A DNA stretch of 61,853 bases, from NCBI GenBank assembly GCA_964430475.1, contig CAYSEQ010000005.1, forward strand, positions 1-61,853, written 5' to 3'. The notes under the pieces are model-generated. The model was not told where the DNA came from. It was given only the letters and a program-made list of their open reading frames with translations, and did no database searches. Within the stretch, counting starts at the first letter, position 1. Each line of letters starts with the position of its first letter. The translations under genes were made by a program, and so were the position numbers. Origin of the DNA: an uncultured Gammaproteobacteria bacterium. Lineage in GTDB: Bacteria; Patescibacteriota; Microgenomatia; UBA8517. This document shows, piece after piece, positions 48,700 through 59,277 of the stretch.

Positions 48700-50379
48700 A
48701 TGGAGTTTTCTGCATTTGCCTTGTTGCTTCTTTTTGCTTCCCTTTTCGGGGTGATTTCGAAATTTTTAAAACAACCCTTGATTGTCGGATATATTCTTGC
48801 TGGTATCTTCCTGGCTTCAACAAATATTGTCCAAGATACAGCCCAAGTTAAAAACCTAGCCCAAATTGGAGTGACACTACTTCTTTTTACTTTAGGAATT
48901 GAGATGAATATTTCAGAAATTTTTAAGGTGGGGAGGGTGATTCTACTTACCGGGGTCGGTCAGATACTTTTTACTTCAATTCTAGGACTTTCCCTTTCGC
49001 TTTTTTTAGGCTTTAACCTTTTAACATCGGTTTATTTTGCTATTGGTCTAACATTTTCATCAACTATTATCATAGTTAAACTTTTGTCAGAGAAAAAAGA
49101 TTTGCAAAGTCTTTACGGAAGGGTTGCAATTGGAGTTCTTCTTATGCAGGATTTTATGGCGCTGGTTATCTTAATGTTTTTGTCTGGGATTGGAGAGGGG
49201 ATTGTATCGATTCAAGGGTTAATTTGGATTGGAATTAAGGCCGTGATCCTTTTGGCACTTGTTCTTTACACTTCTAAAAAGATCCCGTTGGTTTTCGAAA
49301 GGGTGGCGACCTTTGCCGGTAATGAACTTTTGTTTTTATTGAGTATTTCTTGGGTTTTAGGTTTTTCTAGCTTTGTAGAGAATACTCTTGGATTTACCCT
49401 TGAGATAGGCGGATTCCTTGCTGGTCTTGCTTTGTCGAATGTTCCTGAACATCTCCAAATAGTAGCTCGAACAAGGCCGTTACGGGATTTTTTTCTAACA
49501 CTTTTCTTTCTCGTTTTGGGAATCCAACTAAATATCTTTGATCAAAATTTTCAAAGACTTCTCTTGCCATCATTCTTTTTTGTTATTTTTGTACTTTTTG
49601 CAAACCCCTTTATTGTCTTTATGATCTTGAGTCTTTTAGGCTATCGCAAAAGAACATCTTTTTTTACAGGGTTAACCTTTGGCCAAATTTCTGAGTTTTC
49701 TTTGATTCTTATTGCAACAGGCCTAAAACTTGGCCATGTTGAAGAAAACGATGTTTCGCTTCTTACCCTCGTTGGTATGGTGACTATGACAATCTCAACC
49801 TATTTTATTTTGTCCTCAGATAAGATTTATAAAAAACTCAAAAACTTTCTTAAGGTATTCGAGAAAGTACATACCAGAGAAATAACTTCTACAGTTTACC
49901 AATCCAAACTCAAAAACCATTTAATCCTTGTAGGTTGTGATAGAACAGGGATGAGCTTATTGCCATTTTTACTTAAAAAGAAGTTTAATTTTGTGGTGGT
50001 TGATTTTGATCCCGAGGTTTTTGTAAAACTTTCAAGTATGAAAATCCCCGTGGTATTTGGAGATATCTCTGATGAGGATGTGCAGGAGGAGGTAAATATG
50101 AGGGATGCGAAGATGATAATTTCAACAATTAACAATTTAAGTGATAATTTGAACATACTAGAAAGGATAAAGTTGGTTATTCCCAGACCTAAAACAATAT
50201 TTACACAATCAACGCGTAAGGAAGCCATAAAACTTTACGAGGAAGGAGCAACCTATGTTATTGTTCCTGAGGCAGTTGCGGGAGATTATATTAGGAACCT
50301 TATAAAGGCGTTTGGTCTTGAAGGAGACGGCCTGGAGAAGTTGGGAGAGAATCATTTCAAAAAACTTTTGTATGCTTAA
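48700..50379 (+). CDS. CPA2 cation:proton antiporter with TrkA-N domain (Kef-type)
   Basis: KQPLIVGYILAG, QISEFS, LVGCDRTG...VVVDFDP...VVFGD. Confidence 0.9.
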   Translation: MEFSAFALLLLFASLFGVISKFLKQPLIVGYILAGIFLASTNIVQDTAQVKNLAQIGVTLLLFTLGIEMNISEIFKVGRVILLTGVGQILFTSILGLSLSLFLGFNLLTSVYFAIGLTFSSTIIIVKLLSEKKDLQSLYGRVAIGVLLMQDFMALVILMFLSGIGEGIVSIQGLIWIGIKAVILLALVLYTSKKIPLVFERVATFAGNELLFLLSISWVLGFSSFVENTLGFTLEIGGFLAGLALSNVPEHLQIVARTRPLRDFFLTLFFLVLGIQLNIFDQNFQRLLLPSFFFVIFVLFANPFIVFMILSLLGYRKRTSFFTGLTFGQISEFSLILIATGLKLGHVEENDVSLLTLVGMVTMTISTYFILSSDKIYKKLKNFLKVFEKVHTREITSTVYQSKLKNHLILVGCDRTGMSLLPFLLKKKFNFVVVDFDPEVFVKLSSMKIPVVFGDISDEDVQEEVNMRDAKMIISTINNLSDNLNILERIKLVIPRPKTIFTQSTRKEAIKLYEEGATYVIVPEAVAGDYIRNLIKAFGLEGDGLEKLGENHFKKLLYA

Positions 50380-50408
50380 GATTTTTTAAAAAGAGAAAAG
50401 TTGTTACC

Positions 50409-51329
50409 ATGCCTGCCCTGAGAACCACAAGGAGAAATTATCAAAGGTCAAAAAAAGTTAAATCTCGGATTTTAAAGTACCTTTTTTTATTTTTCTTCTT
50501 AGTATTTTTTATAGGTTTAATTTTTCTATTTGGAAAGGTGTTTGGTGAAGGTTTTGAAAAAACGATTCTGGTGGTTAAGGGTGCGGATGGGGGAGCGGAT
50601 GTTGTGATTTTTGACCCTGAAACTGAGGAGCTTATTAGGATATTAATACCCGCTGAGACCCAGGTTGAAGTTGCAAGAAGTTTAGGGGTTTGGAGATTAA
50701 GGAGTCTTTGGGAATTAGGGAGATATGAAGGGGTTAATGGTGCGCTGGTTGCAAAGACAATTACTGGATTTTTTAATTTTCCTGTTTATTATTGGGCCGA
50801 ATCTTCGCACAAAATTTTAGATTTAAACCCGATTAATATTTTTAAGGTTGTCTTTTTCTCTAAAACAAATTTAAGTTTAAAGGACAAGATTAAATTAACA
50901 CTTTTCTCTTTAGGTGTAAAAAATGTCAAAAGGATAGATATTGATCTTTCGCAAACGCCTTATCTTAAAAAAGAGGTACTTATTGATGGGGAAGAGGGTT
51001 ATATATTGACACAAGCGCCAAAAGATATTTTTGTGTTTTTTGCTGAACCCGTATTTGCAAAAAGAGGTTTAAGGATTATGCTTGTTGATTCAACAGGAAC
51101 ATTCCAGGTATCTGAAAAAATAAGCAAAATCTTGGAAGTTATGGGTGGCAAAGTAGTCTTATTGACAAAGGAGGAACCAAAAGAGCTTAATTGTGTTGTA
51201 GGAGGTAAAGACGAGCGTATTTTGAAAAAGTTGGTTTTGCTTTTTTCTTGCGATGTTGAAGACCAACCCCCCCCGGAAAACTTTGATTTAAAGCTTATTG
51301 TTGGAAAAGAGTTTCTGAAGAATAATTGA
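50409..51329 (+). CDS. Membrane-anchored hypothetical protein with LytR-C-like C-terminus
   Basis: Basic N-terminus, TM segment, ends FDLKLIVGKEF. Confidence 0.65.
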   Translation: MPALRTTRRNYQRSKKVKSRILKYLFLFFFLVFFIGLIFLFGKVFGEGFEKTILVVKGADGGADVVIFDPETEELIRILIPAETQVEVARSLGVWRLRSLWELGRYEGVNGALVAKTITGFFNFPVYYWAESSHKILDLNPINIFKVVFFSKTNLSLKDKIKLTLFSLGVKNVKRIDIDLSQTPYLKKEVLIDGEEGYILTQAPKDIFVFFAEPVFAKRGLRIMLVDSTGTFQVSEKISKILEVMGGKVVLLTKEEPKELNCVVGGKDERILKKLVLLFSCDVEDQPPPENFDLKLIVGKEFLKNN

Positions 51330-51348
51330 GTATTTCTAAAGACAAGAC

Positions 51349-52050
51349 CTAAATAACCTCTTCACTTTCTTCTTCTACAATTTCTTTCACTATTTCTTCT
51401 TTTTTATGAACTAACTCCGGAGGGGTGAAGGACACATATTCGATTTTTTCCGGAGGAAAGGAGGGTGTGTGAGAAAGTCGGGGTGATCTTTTGACCTCAC
51501 GAATGAATACTTTTACTGTCCTTCCACTAATGGATTTTATAAATACCTGATATGCGTTTCCCAAAGATATTAGTCTTTTAAGTTTTGCTGAAAGGTCGTC
51601 AGGTAATTTCCCAACTAGGTTTCCATCCATTGTCGTGACACAAATTCTGTGTGAATGTGTATTTAGCTTTACCTCATCGCCACTATCGAGTTTAGCAAGA
51701 ATTTTGGGATTACCTACATGGATAAGAGTGACGACTTTAGTTTTCCCCGGTTCTTCCAAGAAGACATCGGGTTTTGTGGGTTTGGAATTGTAAATTTCGC
51801 CCTTTTTTAACTTTTTCCACTTTTCTAAAGATTTTGTTGCAATGGAATTAAAGGGGTCTATCTTTAAAACTTTTAATGCCGTTGCTTTTGCCTCTTTTAT
51901 GCGTCCTAATTCAGCAAGACACCTAGCCAGGCGGTTAAGAGCGTCGATATTTTCAGAATCTTTAGAAAGGATCTCCTGGTTTATTTCAAGTGCTTTTTGC
52001 CAATTTCCCTTTAGGGCTTGGGAAATTGCTTCTTGGGCAAGCTCGTCCAT
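51349..52050 (-). CDS. TPR-repeat protein
   Basis: MDELAQEAISQALKGNWQKA...DALNRLARCLAELG...DPFNSIA. Confidence 0.8.
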   Translation of the reverse strand: MDELAQEAISQALKGNWQKALEINQEILSKDSENIDALNRLARCLAELGRIKEAKATALKVLKIDPFNSIATKSLEKWKKLKKGEIYNSKPTKPDVFLEEPGKTKVVTLIHVGNPKILAKLDSGDEVKLNTHSHRICVTTMDGNLVGKLPDDLSAKLKRLISLGNAYQVFIKSISGRTVKVFIREVKRSPRLSHTPSFPPEKIEYVSFTPPELVHKKEEIVKEIVEEESEEVI

Positions 52051-52169
52051 AAACTGTTTAATTTTATACTTTAAGTAGTATAAGGACAATGTAGTGAAAG
52101 TCAATAAGTAGATAAGGTATAATAAAGGGCTTATAATTTATCCAGAAAGTTTTAGGAAAATAAAAGTTT

Positions 52170-52916
52170 ATGTCAGGGCATTCGCATTACGCAACAATAA
52201 GAAGACAGAAAGAGGCAAGAGATGCAGCCAAGGGGCAAATCTTTTCTAAACTTGCCAGGGCAATTCAAATTGCCGTAAGAAGCGGAGGAAGTTCCGATCC
52301 CCAGACTAATTACAAGTTGAGGGTTGCTATTGAACAAGCCCGAGCGGCGAATATGCCTAAAGAGAATATTGATCGGGCAATCTCAAAGGGAGTCGGGACA
52401 AGCGAGGCGATAGAGGAGGTATCTTATGAGGGGTATGGGCCTGGTGGGGTTGCAGTTTTAGTAGAGGCTGCCACAGATAACAGAAATAGGACAGGTCAAG
52501 AAATTAAGAACTTGTTTGAAAAAAATGGTGGAAATCTTGCAGGACCGGGATCTGTTGCTTTCAATTTTGAGCCTATGGGTTTGATTGTAGTGAAAAAGGA
52601 GCAAAATGTTGAGGATCAAATGCTTAAAATCATAGATCAACAAGTGGAGGATTTACAGGAAGTGGACGATGCAATTGAGGTTTATGTAAGTCCGGACATG
52701 CTTTCTGATGTAAGGAATAAACTTAAAGATTTAGGGTTTACTATTTTATCCTTTGAATTAATTAAAAAGCCAAAGAGCTTGATTCAGGTTACGGAACCCA
52801 ACCTTGCTCAAAAAATCCTTACCTTTTTAGATAAATTGGAAAGTCACAGTGATGTTCAAAAGGTTTATGCCAATTTAGATATTCCTAGTGATGTCCTCAA
52901 AACCCTTAAAATCTAA
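52170..52916 (+). CDS. yebC: YebC/PmpR family protein
   Basis: MSGHSH, NMPKENIDRAI, YEGYGPGGVA, TDNRNRT, DVQKVYAN. Confidence 0.95.
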   Translation: MSGHSHYATIRRQKEARDAAKGQIFSKLARAIQIAVRSGGSSDPQTNYKLRVAIEQARAANMPKENIDRAISKGVGTSEAIEEVSYEGYGPGGVAVLVEAATDNRNRTGQEIKNLFEKNGGNLAGPGSVAFNFEPMGLIVVKKEQNVEDQMLKIIDQQVEDLQEVDDAIEVYVSPDMLSDVRNKLKDLGFTILSFELIKKPKSLIQVTEPNLAQKILTFLDKLESHSDVQKVYANLDIPSDVLKTLKI

Positions 52917-52937
52917 TTTTTAAATTAATCATTTTTT

Positions 52938-53717
52938 ATGTCCAGGATTTCTAAAAGAAAGCGTTTCTTGGCAAGTTCTTTTATTCTCTCTTTAGGTTTT
53001 ATAGGAATAAATTTTTTGCCTGAAGCGCAAAGATTCATGGCAATAGGATTTCTGGGTTTTTTGGCATTTATCCTCTTTGTCTTTTCATTATGGGAAGGGC
53101 TAGGAATAAATCAAACGCTTCTGACATTAATTCTTCCGCCTTTATTTACTGTAGGAGTGGGACTTTTTTGGTTTTTGCTGCCTTCAAATTTTCTTGCCAA
53201 GGTTCCAGTTATTATCTTTTTTGGTCTAGGAATTTATGCGCTTTGCCTTACTTTAAACATTTATACTGTTTCTGCGATTAGAACAATAGCTTTATTAAGA
53301 GCGGCGAGGGGAGTAGGTTTTGTTATCACTCTTGTTACTTTATTCCTTATTTTCGATACAATAATCTCTTTAAGACTACCCTTTTATTTTTCCAGTTTAC
53401 TGGTGTTTGTCGTTTCGTTTCTACTTTTTCTACAAGGTTATTGGTCTATACCTCTTGAGAAGGAATTTTCCTTTAAATTGTTAAGGCTTTCTTTGGTATC
53501 AGCACTAATAGTAGGGGAGATAGAGATCTCCCTTTTCTTTTGGCCGGTTAGTGTCGCGGTTGGTTCTCTTTTATTAACGACTACTTCCTATATGCTTTTG
53601 GGTTTAGGTCAGGCGTATTTGGAGGAAAGACTTTTTGCCCAAACCGTAAGGGAGTATCTTTTGGTTGGTATAGCTGTTTTTTTTGGAATGTTTCTAGTAA
53701 CTCGTTGGGGCGGATAA
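52938..53717 (+). CDS. Polytopic membrane protein, hypothetical
   Basis: About 8-9 TM segments; LTLNIYTVSAIRTIALLRAA. Confidence 0.7.
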   Translation: MSRISKRKRFLASSFILSLGFIGINFLPEAQRFMAIGFLGFLAFILFVFSLWEGLGINQTLLTLILPPLFTVGVGLFWFLLPSNFLAKVPVIIFFGLGIYALCLTLNIYTVSAIRTIALLRAARGVGFVITLVTLFLIFDTIISLRLPFYFSSLLVFVVSFLLFLQGYWSIPLEKEFSFKLLRLSLVSALIVGEIEISLFFWPVSVAVGSLLLTTTSYMLLGLGQAYLEERLFAQTVREYLLVGIAVFFGMFLVTRWGG

Positions 53718-54336
53718 TTTTATTTTTTTAAAGTCTTTTGCCAAATTTTTTATAGCACAAGGATAAAGAAAGAGGGGAGAGGGAGAGGAAGTAAGTCAAG
53801 TAAAATATTATAGGGTAATATATAAACTTGAATTTTCACGAAAATTATAGGGTATTTTCACGCTGCGGTACAAAGTCTTTAATCCCAAGAATACCCGAAA
53901 AAAGGTTAAAAGAAAGATCCGGACGAAGTAGAAGATAAAGTAAAAGATTAAGTTTTGATCTTTATTGCATTTCTATCACTTTATTACCTCCCACTCAAAA
54001 ACTTTTCTATTAATTTCAATTGTTATACTTTGATATAGTTTTTAGCTTCATTTTTGACTTTTAAGCATTTTTAAAGACCCTTTTTATAAACCGTCCAAAA
54101 ATTTTGCATAGATTTTAGTTTAAGAGTTTGTGGATAATTTCAAGTGGCCTAAAAAATAATGACAAAAATAAAAAAAATAAAAAATTGAACTTATTAATAA
54201 TAAAAAAATAAAAGGAGCGAAAGTTTTTGGACGATGATAATTTATCTATCTCCTCTTAAATTTTAATGCCATTTTTAAATTAGCTTAAAAAGCTTTAAAA
54301 TAAAGACAAAAAACAGCGAGGGGATAAAATTACTCT

Positions 54337-54364
54337 ATGTCGCACAATAATACTTTTACGAACA
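54337..54364. other. Candidate dif (Xer recombination) site
   Basis: ATGTCGCACAA-TAATAC-TTTTACGAACA: 11-6-11 imperfect palindrome; left arm resembles the E. coli dif arm GGTGCGCATAA; about 430 bp upstream of xer. Confidence 0.6.
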
Positions 54365-54747
54365 ATATAGCTTTAAGTTAGAGGAGGAGGTTTTTTTTAT
54401 CAATTTCCTAGTAAAGAACTTTCTTTATGTTTTTCTTTCAAATATTTATTTTTAAAGATTTTATTTCCCTTTTAATAGGTTGTCCCAAAATATTAAACCA
54501 AAAAAATCCCGAAGAAAATATGCTAATATCTAATACTGATTAATCCCCTACCCCTACAAATTTTGAGCATTTAAGTTTCCAAAAAATCCTATCATTCGGT
54601 AAATTTGAGATAATTTTCATTTTAAACGATAAAAATTTTCTAAATAATCAAATAATAAATTTGATAAAAATTTTGGGTTAATAGGCTGGGAAGGTTAGAA
54701 TCTGATTGATCTTAAAGCTTTATAAATTTCAAAAGACTTTTTTGAAA

Positions 54748-54789
54748 TTGTCGCACAATATTGACAAAGTTTTAGGAACATTATAGACT
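54748..54789 (+). promoter_or_regulatory. xer promoter overlapped by a second copy of both dif-like arms
   Basis: TTGACA (54761-54766), 17 nt, TAGACT (54784-54789), ATG 54798; arms TTGTCGCACAA (54748-54758) and TTTTAGGAACA (54770-54780). Confidence 0.7.
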
Positions 54790-54797
54790 TTTATAGC

Positions 54798-55754
54798 ATG
54801 CCCGAATCTGCCTCTTCTCAGACTTCAGATCTTGAGAAAAAAATAAATATGTTTCTTGAATTTCTTGAGATTGAGAAAGGTTGCTCTTCTTTGACAATTA
54901 GAAATTACAGACACTATTTAAATCGTTTTTCCCAATGGCTTAAAAGGGAAGGAATTAGTTTGAGGGTAGAAGATATAAATCCTGAGGTAATTCGGCAGTA
55001 CAGGGTATATCTTTCAAGGCTTTCGGATGGTAAAGGTGGGTATTTAAGCCGTAAAACCCAAGGATATCACGCAATTGCATTAAGGAGTTTCTTACGCTTC
55101 CTTATAAAGAATGATTTTAAAGTAATGTCGCCGGATAAGATTGATCTTCCAAAAGTTTCGGAAAGACAGGTAAAATTTCTGACAGGTGAACAAATTGAGA
55201 GACTTCTTAACGCACCTTCGCTTTCGACGATCCAAGGAAAAAGAGACAAGGCAATATTAGAAGTTTTATTTTCAACTGGACTTAGGGTTTCGGAACTTGT
55301 AAAGCTAGATCGTGATAAAATTGATCTGGAAAGAAGAGAGTTTGGAATTGTGGGAAAAGGAGGACGAGCAAGAGTAGTTTTTCTATCTACTAGAGCCACT
55401 GAATATCTAAAAAAGTATTTATCTGAAAGGAAAGATAACTTTAAACCTCTTTTTATTCGTCATAAAGGTAAAAAGGATGTAACTTTAAGCGATGAGGATG
55501 TAAGGCTTACGGTAAGGTCTATTCAAAGAATGATTAAAAATTACGGAAGAAAAATAAAGTTGCCGATTGAAGTCACACCTCATGTCATTCGACATTCTTT
55601 TGCGACTGATCTTTTGATGGCGGGTGCGGATTTAAGAAGTGTACAGGAAATGCTAGGACACAAAAATGTTTCAACCACTCAAATTTATACCCATGTTACC
55701 CATAAACATTTGCGCGAAATTCATGAAGCTTTTCATGGTAAGGGAGGTGGATAA
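54798..55754 (+). CDS. xer: Xer-family tyrosine recombinase (XerC/XerD-like)
   Basis: TIRNYRHYL, RDKAILEVLFSTGLRVSEL, GKGGRAR, TPHVIRHSFATDLL, LGHKNVSTTQIYTHV (R-K-H-R-H-Y intact). Confidence 0.93.
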   Translation: MPESASSQTSDLEKKINMFLEFLEIEKGCSSLTIRNYRHYLNRFSQWLKREGISLRVEDINPEVIRQYRVYLSRLSDGKGGYLSRKTQGYHAIALRSFLRFLIKNDFKVMSPDKIDLPKVSERQVKFLTGEQIERLLNAPSLSTIQGKRDKAILEVLFSTGLRVSELVKLDRDKIDLERREFGIVGKGGRARVVFLSTRATEYLKKYLSERKDNFKPLFIRHKGKKDVTLSDEDVRLTVRSIQRMIKNYGRKIKLPIEVTPHVIRHSFATDLLMAGADLRSVQEMLGHKNVSTTQIYTHVTHKHLREIHEAFHGKGGG

Positions 55755-55757
55755 TAA

Positions 55758-56264
55758 ATGTTTACGCTAGTTTTACCGGGTTATTCTCAACATAACGAGG
55801 AGTGGGCTGAAGAAGTAGCCAATAAACTAAGACTTTCCCATGAAATAAAAATTCATAGGTGGGGGCATTGGAGCGGTGGGAATTTTTCTTTGGAAGAGGA
55901 AATCAAAAAACTTATAAACGAGATAGGCAAAGAAAAGATAAATATTATTGCGAAATCGATTGGTGTTTATGTTGCTTTCAATCTTATCCCTAAGATACCG
56001 TCTCAAATAGGAAGGGTCATTTTCTGCGGAATTTCAAGTGTTGAGCGCGAGGATGAGAAAAAACTAATAAAAGAAGTCGTAAGTTTAGTAGGCGAAGAAA
56101 ATATCTTATGTATCCAAAACGAGCAGGATAAGTATGTTTCTTATTCCAATGCAGAGAAATTCTACCACTCGGCAAGTCCGAATTTAAGAATTATTTCTAA
56201 ACCTAGGGCAGATCACGAATATCCTTATTTTGAGGATTTTGAAAATTTTCTTAAGAAGAAATGA
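55758..56264 (+). CDS. Small alpha/beta hydrolase-like protein
   Basis: LVLPGYS, IIAKSIG nucleophile elbow, QNEQD, ADHEY. Confidence 0.65.
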   Translation: MFTLVLPGYSQHNEEWAEEVANKLRLSHEIKIHRWGHWSGGNFSLEEEIKKLINEIGKEKINIIAKSIGVYVAFNLIPKIPSQIGRVIFCGISSVEREDEKKLIKEVVSLVGEENILCIQNEQDKYVSYSNAEKFYHSASPNLRIISKPRADHEYPYFEDFENFLKKK

Positions 56265-56269
56265 ACTCT

Positions 56270-58918
56270 TTAAGTTTCCTGTTTTTCTTCACCCTCCTCG
56301 TTCTTATTTAGAGGAGCTACTGCAGCAACCGCGTCTTTTTCTTTGGCAAAACGCATGAGAATTACTCCTTGAGTTGCCCTTCCCATCCGAGGAATATTTT
56401 TTATCGGAAGTTTAATTACTTGCCCAGTTTTTGATGTTATTATTATTTGGTCAGTATCGTGAGTGACAAGGGTTGCAGAAGCAAGATCTCCGGTTTTTTG
56501 GTTGACGACTGCCGCTTTTACCCCCTTGCCTCCCCTCCTTTGGATTGGGAAAAGTTCAATAGGAGTTCTTTTACCAAGACCTTTTTCAGAAATCGTTAAT
56601 ATATCCCTGAACAACTTTTTACGCTTATCAGTTTGAATGCTAGTTGAAGAAGGAAAAACTTGTGCATTTATTACCTCATCTATTTTTTCCAATTTTATTC
56701 CCCGCACTCCGCTTGTAGCCCTTCCCATTGCTCTTACATTAGTTTCAGGAAAAACAATTCCCTTACCTTTTTTGGTGATAATTATTACATTGTCGGCTCC
56801 ACTAGTTTCGTGTACAGAAACCAAACTATCATCAGGATCAAGTTTTATTGCAATAAGTCCAGACGAACGCAGATTTTGGAATTCTTCAACCGGAGTTTTC
56901 TTAACAACCCCTTTCGAGGTTGTCATTAAAAGGTGCGCGCCCTTTTTCTTAAGAGGTAGGACAGACATTATTTTTTCGGAAGGGTCGATGTTGAGAATAT
57001 TGACAATTGCCTGGCCTTTTGACTGTCTTGTTGATTCCGGAATTTCCCAAACTTTTGTCGAGTAAGCCTTTCCTTTATCTGTAAAAAATAAAATAGTATC
57101 GTGTGTTGTTGCAGAGATTAAATGTTCAATTTCATCTTCCTCCTTGGTCACCATTCCCACCACTCCCTTCCCTCCTCTTCTTTGTGTCCTATAAGTTTGG
57201 CGTGGTACTCTTTTAATATACCCAGTTTTGGTTAAGGTAATGATGGTTTCTTCTTTAGGAATAAGATCTTCTTCTCTAAAGTCTCCAATTTTTTGATGAT
57301 AAATTTTAGTGCGTCTTTCATCACCAAATTTTTCTTTAAGATTTGATAATTCTTTTTTAATGATTTCCAACACTTTTGTTGGATCTTTAAGTATTGCGGT
57401 GAGTTTCTCAATAAGTTTTCTAACTTCTTCGTACTCATTTTCTATTTTTTCCCTTTCAAGAGCCGCAAGCCTCCTTAATTGCATATCAAGGATTGCGTTT
57501 GCTTGAATTTCAGTTAGGGCGAATTTTTTCATTAGGTTGTTTTTAGCGTCTTCTTGGGTTTTTGATTGACGGATTGTTTGTATCACCTCATCAAGATTAT
57601 CAAGAGCAATTTTGAGCCCCTCCAAAATATGTGCCCGGCGCTTGGCATTGGTTAGCTCAAATATGGTTCTCCGTGTGACAACCTTTTGCCGATGTTTAAT
57701 ATACTCAACTATTATCTGCTTAAGATTTAAAGTGTATGGGGTTCCTTCTACTAAAGCCACAAAGTTCGCAGGAAAAGAAATTTGAAGTTGGGTATGTTTG
57801 TAAAGATTATTAAGGATAGATTTTGGCCTTGCATCCCTCTTAAGATCAATGACTATTCGCATTCCTTCTTTGTCGGATTCGTCCCTTAAATCTGAAATAC
57901 CCACTAATTTCTTTTCTTTCACAAGTTCGGCTATTTTTTTAACTAATTGTGATTTATTTACTTGATAAGGTATTTCGGAAATGACTATCTGTTGTTTGCC
58001 TTTAGCATGTTTTCCTGTCGCCTCTTTAATTTCGGCTATCCCCCTAACTAGAATTTTTCCTCGTCCTGTTGCGTAGACTTCTTTTAAAGAAGTTGCATCG
58101 TAGATGCTTCCTCCTGTTGGAAAATCTGGGCCTGGAATTATTTTAATTAGTTCATCTATTGTAACGTCGCTTTCAAAGCCAACCTCTGTTATCTTCGCCT
58201 GATTTTCTCCGTCTTTATACTGATTGCTATCTTTGCCATTTTCTCCTGTTGCGATAAGATCAATTTTTTTAATTACAAAGTCCGTTGAATTTTCCTGAAC
58301 TTCTTTTTCAAAGACTACCCTCCCCTTTTCAATTGTAGCAACAATTGCATCTACCACCTCACTTAGATTATGAGGCGGAATTTTCGTTGCCATCCCCACA
58401 GCTATTCCTTCAGAACCCATAAGGAGTAAGTTTGGTAAAAGGGCTGGGAGGTATTGAGGTTCTTTTAAAGTTGCATCAAAATTGTCCATGAAGTCAACAG
58501 TTTCCTTTTCAATATCAGAAAGCATAAATTCCGAAATTTGAGAAAGCTTAACCTCGGTGTATCTCATTGCAGCAGGAGGATCGCCATCAACCGAGCCAAA
58601 ATTACCTTGACCCTTGATAAGCGGATACCTTAAAGAAAAGTCTTGTGCCATTCTAACCAATGCGTCGTAAACTGCCATATCTCCGTGGGGATGGTATTTG
58701 CCTAGAACTTCTCCTACAACTTTGGCAGATTTGGTAAAAGATGAGGTATGGGTAAGACCCATCTGTTGCATCGCATAGAGAATTCTTCGGTGTACAGGTT
58801 TTAGTCCATCACGCACATCCGGGAGAGCCCGAGCTACGATAACGCTCATTGCGTAATCAAGGTAGCTTTTCTGTACTTCATCAACAATGGGTGCGGGTTT
58901 TATCTTGCCTATTTCCAT
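56270..58918 (-). CDS. gyrA: DNA gyrase subunit A
   Basis: [29 protein letters not shown] (catalytic Tyr), GyrA-box QRRGGKG. Confidence 0.97.
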   Translation of the reverse strand: MEIGKIKPAPIVDEVQKSYLDYAMSVIVARALPDVRDGLKPVHRRILYAMQQMGLTHTSSFTKSAKVVGEVLGKYHPHGDMAVYDALVRMAQDFSLRYPLIKGQGNFGSVDGDPPAAMRYTEVKLSQISEFMLSDIEKETVDFMDNFDATLKEPQYLPALLPNLLLMGSEGIAVGMATKIPPHNLSEVVDAIVATIEKGRVVFEKEVQENSTDFVIKKIDLIATGENGKDSNQYKDGENQAKITEVGFESDVTIDELIKIIPGPDFPTGGSIYDATSLKEVYATGRGKILVRGIAEIKEATGKHAKGKQQIVISEIPYQVNKSQLVKKIAELVKEKKLVGISDLRDESDKEGMRIVIDLKRDARPKSILNNLYKHTQLQISFPANFVALVEGTPYTLNLKQIIVEYIKHRQKVVTRRTIFELTNAKRRAHILEGLKIALDNLDEVIQTIRQSKTQEDAKNNLMKKFALTEIQANAILDMQLRRLAALEREKIENEYEEVRKLIEKLTAILKDPTKVLEIIKKELSNLKEKFGDERRTKIYHQKIGDFREEDLIPKEETIITLTKTGYIKRVPRQTYRTQRRGGKGVVGMVTKEEDEIEHLISATTHDTILFFTDKGKAYSTKVWEIPESTRQSKGQAIVNILNIDPSEKIMSVLPLKKKGAHLLMTTSKGVVKKTPVEEFQNLRSSGLIAIKLDPDDSLVSVHETSGADNVIIITKKGKGIVFPETNVRAMGRATSGVRGIKLEKIDEVINAQVFPSSTSIQTDKRKKLFRDILTISEKGLGKRTPIELFPIQRRGGKGVKAAVVNQKTGDLASATLVTHDTDQIIITSKTGQVIKLPIKNIPRMGRATQGVILMRFAKEKDAVAAVAPLNKNEEGEEKQET

Positions 58919-59277
58919 TAGAGTTTGAACAAAAGTGGATTACACACCTAAAAAGATGGGACGTAAGTTAGGAAGCAATAATTTTAAACCGAATGTTTGC
59001 TTCTTAACTCGCCTCCCATTACTTTTTAAACCTTTTTATACTTTATATTGTAGACTTTTTGAAGTGAAAATACAAGGAAAAGTGTGGTGTGGAAACATAT
59101 TCTTATCTCTTCTTATAGTATGGGTTTAGGTGAAATGATCTTTGCATGAATTTCTTTTTTTTAACCATAACAAAAAGTACGAAATTTCTTAAAAACGAAT
59201 AAATCTTTCATACTAAAACTTGGAAGGAATGCTTTTAAATGTATTTTTCGTTTTTAGAGATCGATATAATTATTGTT

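Noticed and set aside
53718-54797. Large AT-rich intergenic region as oriC
   Set aside because: Only one perfect DnaA box found, no dnaA/dnaN nearby, genes converge rather than diverge, and a dif-like site plus xer fits the terminus better; not fully excluded without whole-genome skew
54798-55754. Tyrosine recombinase as a prophage or island integrase
   Set aside because: Length and motifs are XerC/D-like, the flanks are housekeeping genes, and there is no cargo or att duplication
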